A stretch of DNA of 58,856 nucleotides, the filler included, from Platydemus manokwari (Eukaryota): assembly GCA_037951405.1 (NCBI GenBank). It is 5 parts of 5 records of this genome, joined end to end, with 100 filler letters (N's around TTAATTAATTAA, not from the genome) between each part and the next. Parts side by side here need not be neighbours in the genome. Positions count along the whole stretch, not along the records: positions 48,118 to 58,856 come from JBBMOY011109331.1; 4 more parts are not named here. One strand, given 5' to 3'. The position numbers and the translations under genes are program-made. Below are positions 51,101 to 58,856 of this stretch, piece by piece. How positions within the stretch are numbered: the first letter of the stretch is position 1; each line of letters begins with the position of its first letter. Under the pieces are notes generated by a model. The model was not told the DNA's origin, did not search any database, and saw only the letters and a list, made by a program, of their open reading frames with translations.

Positions 51101-54100
51101 CATCATATTCCCGAAACTATGATTGGGATTTATGACTTTTGAAATAGATGATTTCAATAAAATCGGTTTCCCACTTTATTTTTCCTTTGATTGGTCAATG
51201 TGTGTTTAAAACTTGGTCTATGCATATATGCATGTGATTGTCAAAAATAAATGTTCCTAGTTGTCAAAGGTCCTGTTGCTTTGTAATTGTCTTTCTCTGT
51301 CTTCAATAGTTATATGTCCAATATTATTATTTTACAACTCGAGCGTTAATAGAAATGGTATTATTACTATTTACAATGTTATTATATTGACATTAATAAT
51401 AATGGGCATAATTAAAATAACAAACTAATATCTATTTACAATCAATCAGTATAGCTACTAAAAGGTTTCAATGTTTGACTTTTAATGATAAATCGGTTAG
51501 ATTAAAAAGTTTCGATGGATAATAGGCTAGAATATAATTATACCATAACAATTATTATCGACACTAGTTATGAGGACATCAACTGTCAATAGAAATAATT
51601 ACAATTCTGAATCATAAACACTTATAAATGACTTTATTCAAGGTCAAAAATTTATTTTTCATATTTAAAAATATATGTATGTAATTTTATTCCTTCGAAA
51701 ACAATAATTGTTTTCGTCAATGTTTTAAGAGGAATGATAATACGTTTTCAAGGAGAACACATTTTATTAAACAATATATTTCCCAAGAAACTTACATTTT
51801 TAAATGGCATTGACAATTTCATTTTCGTTGGGCTCTGAATTTTTATTACATAATATGACAAGCTATTTGAATATATCTTGAGAAAGGACACCAGACTTAA
51901 AAATCTTTTAAAAATGCCGCTTTTGGGAAGGTGAATTCTGCTTTGTAATATGAATACAAGTTGTGATCGGTTTAGCTCTTTTCAATCAATAATATTAATA
52001 AAGAAATTCTTTAAGATTTTCTATTTAATTAAAGACTGAATTAATGGGATATTTATTTAATTAAAATATTTTTAAGGAGTACAATATTTTAAATTAACAT
52101 TACCTTCAATGGATTCTAGCAGTTGAAATATTTTTTAAATATTTATACATCATAAAGTTATCTGCTCCACTCAAAACAATTTATTTATCAAATAAAAATA
52201 CAAGATCTCCAATTGATAGTTAGATATTTGTTTGGATATTTTCATTATTCATACACACTTGAACAAAATCAATTTAAAACCAACCCTAAGGCATCAGATG
52301 AAATGAATCACAAAGTTTTATAATCTTTCCAAAATAATACTGTATGTAGCACAGGTGGCTTATGATTTGTTTTTCTTTCAGATTTTCATTTGAATAGACA
52401 AACCAGCATGGTATGCACTTTATACTTTTATTTTCAGCGTCATTTGAAAATTTGATATGGAACATATTGAACCAATTAAATATTCCGTGTATAAGTGATT
52501 TTAGGTTAATTTTACCTTTGATTTACAAATTGTGACTTTGATTTTTGGATTTTTTATAGACAAATGAAATTGAAAAAAGTAAGCCATTTTTCAATAATAA
52601 ATAAGAATAAATTAATTAGATGTACATTTTATGAAATTATTTTTGTAAATTTTTAATATATTTTTTAATATAAGAATCATGTAATGATCAATTTAGGTTT
52701 CCTATGTAATTTTAAATATTTAACTTAAAGGGATTTTTAAATGAAACGTTAAAAGATTGTTTATATCGACATTAAATAATAGATATTTGATTTAATGCCT
52801 ATCAATTAATTTGAAAAATGAAAAAATTCATCATGTCTGCTACAAATGGAACCTGTTGTAGAACCCGAATGAAATCATAATAAGTTCAGGAGGCACAGAG
52901 ATAGGTGATAAAAAAATTGGATAAAATGGTTATACATTCCATTAAAGCACACCTGAGATTTACATCGTAAATCGCTGAAGATTAGAATAAATACGAAATA
53001 GATCTACATTTAAATTCTTCACAGGCGTGTATAGCTCAAACAAATCTCTTATGTGAAATCCTCCAAGATTAGATTAAGAGTCTGATATCGTAATTTAGCA
53101 TTTAATGTTGACCATGATTAAGAAGTGGTATATTCAAACCGATAAAGAATGTTGAATGAAAAAATTAAACGAAATTAATTCCCCGATGCTTAAGATTTTA
53201 AATTTCATTTGGGAATTCAAAAACCATTTTTTAAATGAAACAAATATTTTTCTGTTTTATCCGAAATCTTAATCAAGGCCAAATAATTTTGTCTGAAATT
53301 TTAAATCGATAAATAAGAAAAATCTGTACCAAACAAGAAATCTAGATCACTAATTTATATGTGGTAATTATTTGTATAATTAAAATTACAAGATTTATCA
53401 TCTCGTTTTGTTAGAAACTCATTAATCAACACAAACATATTGATTTCAATCTATCTGAATGAAAGCTAATCATAAAAATCTTTAATACAAGCTAAATCAA
53501 ACATCTTCGCCGAAGCAAAACATAAAATCAATTTTCGATATTTGGATCAGTAAAGCTTTGAATTATGAAATCTATGATTCGACATTTAAAATATATACAT
53601 TTTTAATATAATTTTATGTTTGGATTCCGTTGAGCAAACGCATTGGCTTATTGAGGTGGAAAATTAATTGTATTTAATCATACTTAATTTTGCTGTTTTT
53701 AAAAAATGTTTCAACGAGTTGATGAGTGTACTTGTCTTTATGAAATAAATAAAATCTTATCAACAAAAAATATACCAATGTTTACTACAATACATTATTT
53801 CTTGAGTTAAAAAACTTGTCCTTCAAATTGATTATAATCATTTATTCCTGAATGAAGACCAATTTAGCTGAATTGTCTGTAAAATAAAAATAATAATTTA
53901 TAATTAATTAGACTAATAGATGGAAATTAAATTTATTAAGTGCAATAATTCAGTAATGAATAAAAACCATTTTTGTACAAAAATATCAAAAAATTATGAG
54001 CAAATGATTATTTTGGTGTGCATATACTTCTTGAAATGACGAACTTCAAATATCTCAATATTAAAATGATAATATCAGTTCAATTAATATTAATAGCTCA

Positions 54101-57100
54101 TATTGAAAATAAAGAACTATTCTGCATAATTTATAAGGTTTGTTTTGTAAGTAAAAATCAATATTCTCCAAATTAAAAAGAATAATGAGAGAAATATAGA
54201 CAAACATCTGATTCATTACTTTGAATTTGCTAAACATAAAATAAAGACAATTATAAAACGATTTATTAATTCGAAGAAGATTTTTGTTGTTGTTTTTAAT
54301 TTAGAATACAGTACAAAATTTGTCTAAAAATATACAAGCTAATAATTGATAAAGTGAGTAGAAATGCAACAATAATTCATAAGATATTTTGTTTATATGA
54401 ATAAGTAATTAAATCCGTCATTTGGAGTAGGTGAAAGTTGTATCCAATTGGTCACAAGCATCTGTTGTGATTTGCTCATAAATTTCTTATCAGCATATAT
54501 CAGTTTCTTTCAACTTTGTTCTAAAATTTTTTTAGCAACAGTATTTTAGAATCTTTAGATCAATTAGTTTCTAAATTTCTAAGATAACAATTAAAAAGTA
54601 GGTTAAATAGGCCTATTGAAAATAACAGTGACCCCCATAAAATCACTTGTATATAATATGAATCCATATGATAAACTGAAGAAAGTAATTAAATATTTTC
54701 CATTCAATTCTTGTAAGTTTTTCTACAAGAAATTGTTTATATTTCTCATTATTAATCGACACAATTATGTCACTATAGAGGCAAGTTATCTCACCATTAA
54801 AGGTAAATTAAGAATTAATTACCAGAATAGTGTTAAATATAATCGAGTTATCAAACATTAATCACCCCGGGCAATGTGCCGATTATCTTTTATTGAAATT
54901 TGTTTAAGGTTTGTATAAAATAAAAAATAAATAATGGCTTGAACTGCATTAACCCCAGAAATTTTTGAAATGAGTGATATTGTGACAAAAGGAAAAGCTA
55001 AATATCCTCTAATAGCAACAATGTAACAAAGGGATCGTTGGTGTGAAATTTTAAAACCAATATTTACTTTAATTAATATGATATTTAGCTTGTGGCATTT
55101 TCATAATTGACTCATTAATTATTCGAATGAATAGCTTTAGAATAGAATTGGAAAAAAGGGAATATATTACAACAATTGAATCGATTAATTTTATTTTTAT
55201 TTCAAATCTTTTTATCAAAGACAATTTCTTATTTATATAATATCTCATACTAACCAAAAAGCCTATTTTGATAAAATGAAACTTTAAATTGATTAAAACA
55301 AGAAATGAAATAAAACCATTGGCATTTTAATAAATGATTAACCATATCAAATGATGTTAAATCATTATAAAATTGATCAAATTCGTTGGTGGCTCAATCT
55401 TGAATTTCTGGATTTGAAGATGAATTGTTATTGTTTATTGAATTTTTTGACTATTTCTAGCGGAAATTGTTTCCAGGCCATATCTCATATTCATAAATCA
55501 TCAATCAAAATTCGTTTTACAGCCAAGAAAAAATGCCAATTAAATTAATTAATCAAATGATGATTATTTTACTGTCTAAGAACAATAAATGAAATTGAAA
55601 AATATAAATAAAATGAAACTCTTTGATATAAAGTAAATGGTTGTGATGTTCTTTTCGGAACATTTTTGTAGAGCCTGAATTTAATTTTGATGATTAGGTC
55701 AGAGTTTTTATTTCATTTTGAAAAAGTTTACTAAATTTCTTTTAATTTTACCAGAAACAAATTAAATTCAATACTTATCTGGTTTTATGGTTCAAATTAG
55801 AGAAATTTATCTCGACTCTCATTTTCTAAACAAGTCAAAATCGGGAATATTTCATCAAATCTTTACCTAAAAATTAAATTAATTTATAAAATAGATTTCC
55901 TTTTAATTTCTTATGTTTCTATCATTTCTAAATATCTTCATTACCGGATTAAACCTTCTAAGTTTGTTTTCATAATATTTAAATGCTTAATCCAATTATA
56001 TTATGCTTACAAGCTTTTTAATCTTTCTTTTTGTTTCTTTTTTAAAACTACATAATAGCATATATAAGAAAATGCTTTGTTTATTATTATTATTAGCTCA
56101 ATAATTATTTGAATCAATAAACTATATTATCGTTTGATCTAAGTCAAGGAGTTCTCAAGATTCTTTTGGTTTTCGTTTTAAAGTATTTATAAAAATATTC
56201 CGTGAAACCCGGTAATTCGAATGTATTTCCTTTTCAGTGTTTTCGTGGAGCAGTATTTTTTCACTATCGCCTCCCAAATAATATTGTAATCTGAAAAGAA
56301 GCATGTAGCTCAGATTTCTATGAATCAAGATTGGTTTTCATGTTGATATTATATTATAGAGAATATGATACACAAATAAAAAAAAGATTAAGAACATTTT
56401 CAAAGCTTTGTTTTTTTAATAGATTATATATCCATATTAATCCAGTAATGCTCTACTCATTGGTAGTGTGTTTGTTCATCACACGTAGAAGGATTTTTGT
56501 TTGAAAAAATATTGAAATTTTCGGTCAACAAAACCTTTAACAAGTCCTTATCTATCAACGAAGTTGTGAAGTTGATGTCAACGAAAAATAAACTCGAATG
56601 TAGTAACAAATTCCAAAATACGATTTATATCATTCATTCAGTTCTGTGAAATTAAATTTGCAGTGTCAGTTCCAAGTTTTTTGTCTGTATATCTCTTTGC
56701 ACTTCTTTCGTAGTGCTAGAAAATTTTATATGTATCCCTTTGCACTTTGATATTTAAGATTCAGTTATCTTCATTTAATAATTGTCATTAAAAATAAAAT
56801 ATCGATCCTAAATTATGAATGATAATAGTGTTTGCTAGGTTAGCTTATATTTGTGATTAATTTGCATTGATTTGATCCAGGTCCATTTTAAGAGGTTCAG
56901 TAATTAAATAAAATACAATTGCAAAATTTGATTTGATATTAACAACACACATACATACTAGAAATTTCAAGTAGCTTAAGGAAGAAATACGGCTTGATTT
57001 GTTACAGATAATTATTAAAAAATATATAATGAAACAATATATAAAAATATGGTTTATTTATTATTAGATTTTAACTACGCACTAGATGTATATTGATTTA

Positions 57101-58856
57101 TTTAATTTCTTTCACCTGGTAATTTCTTTTGAAGGCATTGTGGATTATTTAAAAGAAAAATGTTCGTAGTACTTCTGAAAATTTAAATGCAAAGTAAAAT
57201 ATATCACATAGTTATGTAACATCTGGATTGTATATTTCAAAATTCTAAGCAAATTCATTCAACGAACTCTTCATCTGAATAGCAATGCATCTCATTGACA
57301 TTCTCAATGTTAATCATTGACAATCACTGTCAAATAAAACATCAAAATGTCAAAACATTGTTCAATAAATATTCTAATTCGCTCCCATTTCATGTAATAT
57401 TGGTAGTAATTTCCAAAAATTTTATTTTATTTTCACAATTTAATTCTTATATATTTATAATAGCTGACATTTTTCGATTGTTACCTTCTTTTAAGTTGTT
57501 TTTAAATGTAATAGCTATTTTTTAAAATTTTGTTTTAAAAAGATTTTTGAAAACACAATAAATTGCAAGATTATTTTCAAATGATTTAATCCAAGAAATC
57601 ATTATCCATTTTCAAATAGAAATTGTAAATACTTTGATTATTCAAACACGAGTATGTAAAATTAAATTTAAAAAAATAATTAAAAAAATGTAAATCAATA
57701 TTCTCAGAAAAATTCTAAATGAAAGTCATCAATAATTAACTTTAATAGAAATATTAAATTGTATAGATTATTCTGGAACAATTTGTTTAAATGAATCAAT
57801 TTAATAATATGTGCAGGATCACCATATAAAGAGTCCACCAGTATTTTATGGTCGATAAACTCTGCATCTGTGACAATTCTTTGTTTCATTATTCTGACGA
57901 CCAGACTTTTTTAGTCGGTAATTTCTGTCGTCGTTTTTTTAATTTTCGGGTGCTGATCTCGTTGCGATCTGATAATTGACTTGGATGTTAATTGTGAATC
58001 TGAGTTGACGATTTTTTTAAGTATACAGATTGTTATTGAGGTTAAGGTTAAAAATACTAGAAACATACACGTATATACATATATATGTGTGTATGTATAA
58101 TTTTTATGAGATATCTTGAATTGCAATAATTGTCATCGACAATCTGTAAATGATAATACATATAAGTAAAACGAACTCAAGTATAACATTTATTATAGAA
58201 TCTCAATGTCACTGAATTGAACAAAATAGGAGCTTGATTCACTTGTTTAGATCCTGAAAGGTTTATTCAATGAAAATAATGGTAATGTAAGTGAGATTAT
58301 GAAATAAAATAAAATTATTGAGAGGTGTGATAAATTCCAACTTTAAATCTTAATTTTATTAATAATTTTTCATTATTTTTATCATTTTTAATTATTTTGA
58401 ATTGCAACTATTAATTGACAAATGAATTTCTATACAACCATAATTATATTACTGTTATTTAACTATTGAATTTCTATTATTTGTGTTGATTTTAAATTAT
58501 TATTCAATATTTATATTTATGATATTTACCTAATGGCATGTGGTGTTGAAACTAGAATAATAGAGATTTATGAGATTTAATTATAAAATTATAATGAAAA
58601 TCAATAATTTCTCAATAACTGGTTTTATGTTGACAATGAAATTGTCTTATCATTGAAATTCGTTGGAATAAATGGATTTGATTTGATTCTCAAGACTTAA
58701 TTCTCGATGCGTGAACTTTTTGGAGTATATAATTCAAACAAAATCCTAGATAAAACAAGAAAATTTGTTTAAGAAGATTTATTCGAATAAATGTAAAACT
58801 ATGAAAATCGTTAAAGTTCAAATTTTGGCACTATCAAAAGACTCAAAATAGCTGTT

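Overview
Very AT-rich eukaryotic scaffold with four 100-bp assembly gaps, each carrying a TTAATTAATTAA linker. Short (~50-60 nt) GT-AG introns and the repeat content (DD41D mariner, Polintons, Gypsy) point to an invertebrate animal, possibly a planarian; this is inference only. Reconstructable host genes: two tandem secreted three-finger (Ly6/uPAR) genes and a third small secreted Cys protein (5.0-6.9 kb, minus), the last two exons of a telobox-Myb (TRF-like) gene (9.1-10.0 kb, minus), an intronless secreted PAN + TCAF-N-like gene (23.8-24.7 kb), a two-exon Ig-domain membrane protein (36.4-37.7 kb) and an ANKRD11/12-like gene (38.1-43.7+ kb). Most of the rest is decayed mobile DNA: several Gypsy fragments (one with a tRNA-Trp PBS), at least three pieces of one Polinton/Maverick family plus a probable second pPolB type, a possible capsid remnant, an HNH-like fragment and a DD41D mariner. 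Structured non-coding elements include a triple stem-loop array, a 128-bp hairpin and a ~230-bp inverted repeat pair. All family assignments come from motif recognition by eye; no searches were run. 48-58.8 kb remains largely uninterpreted.
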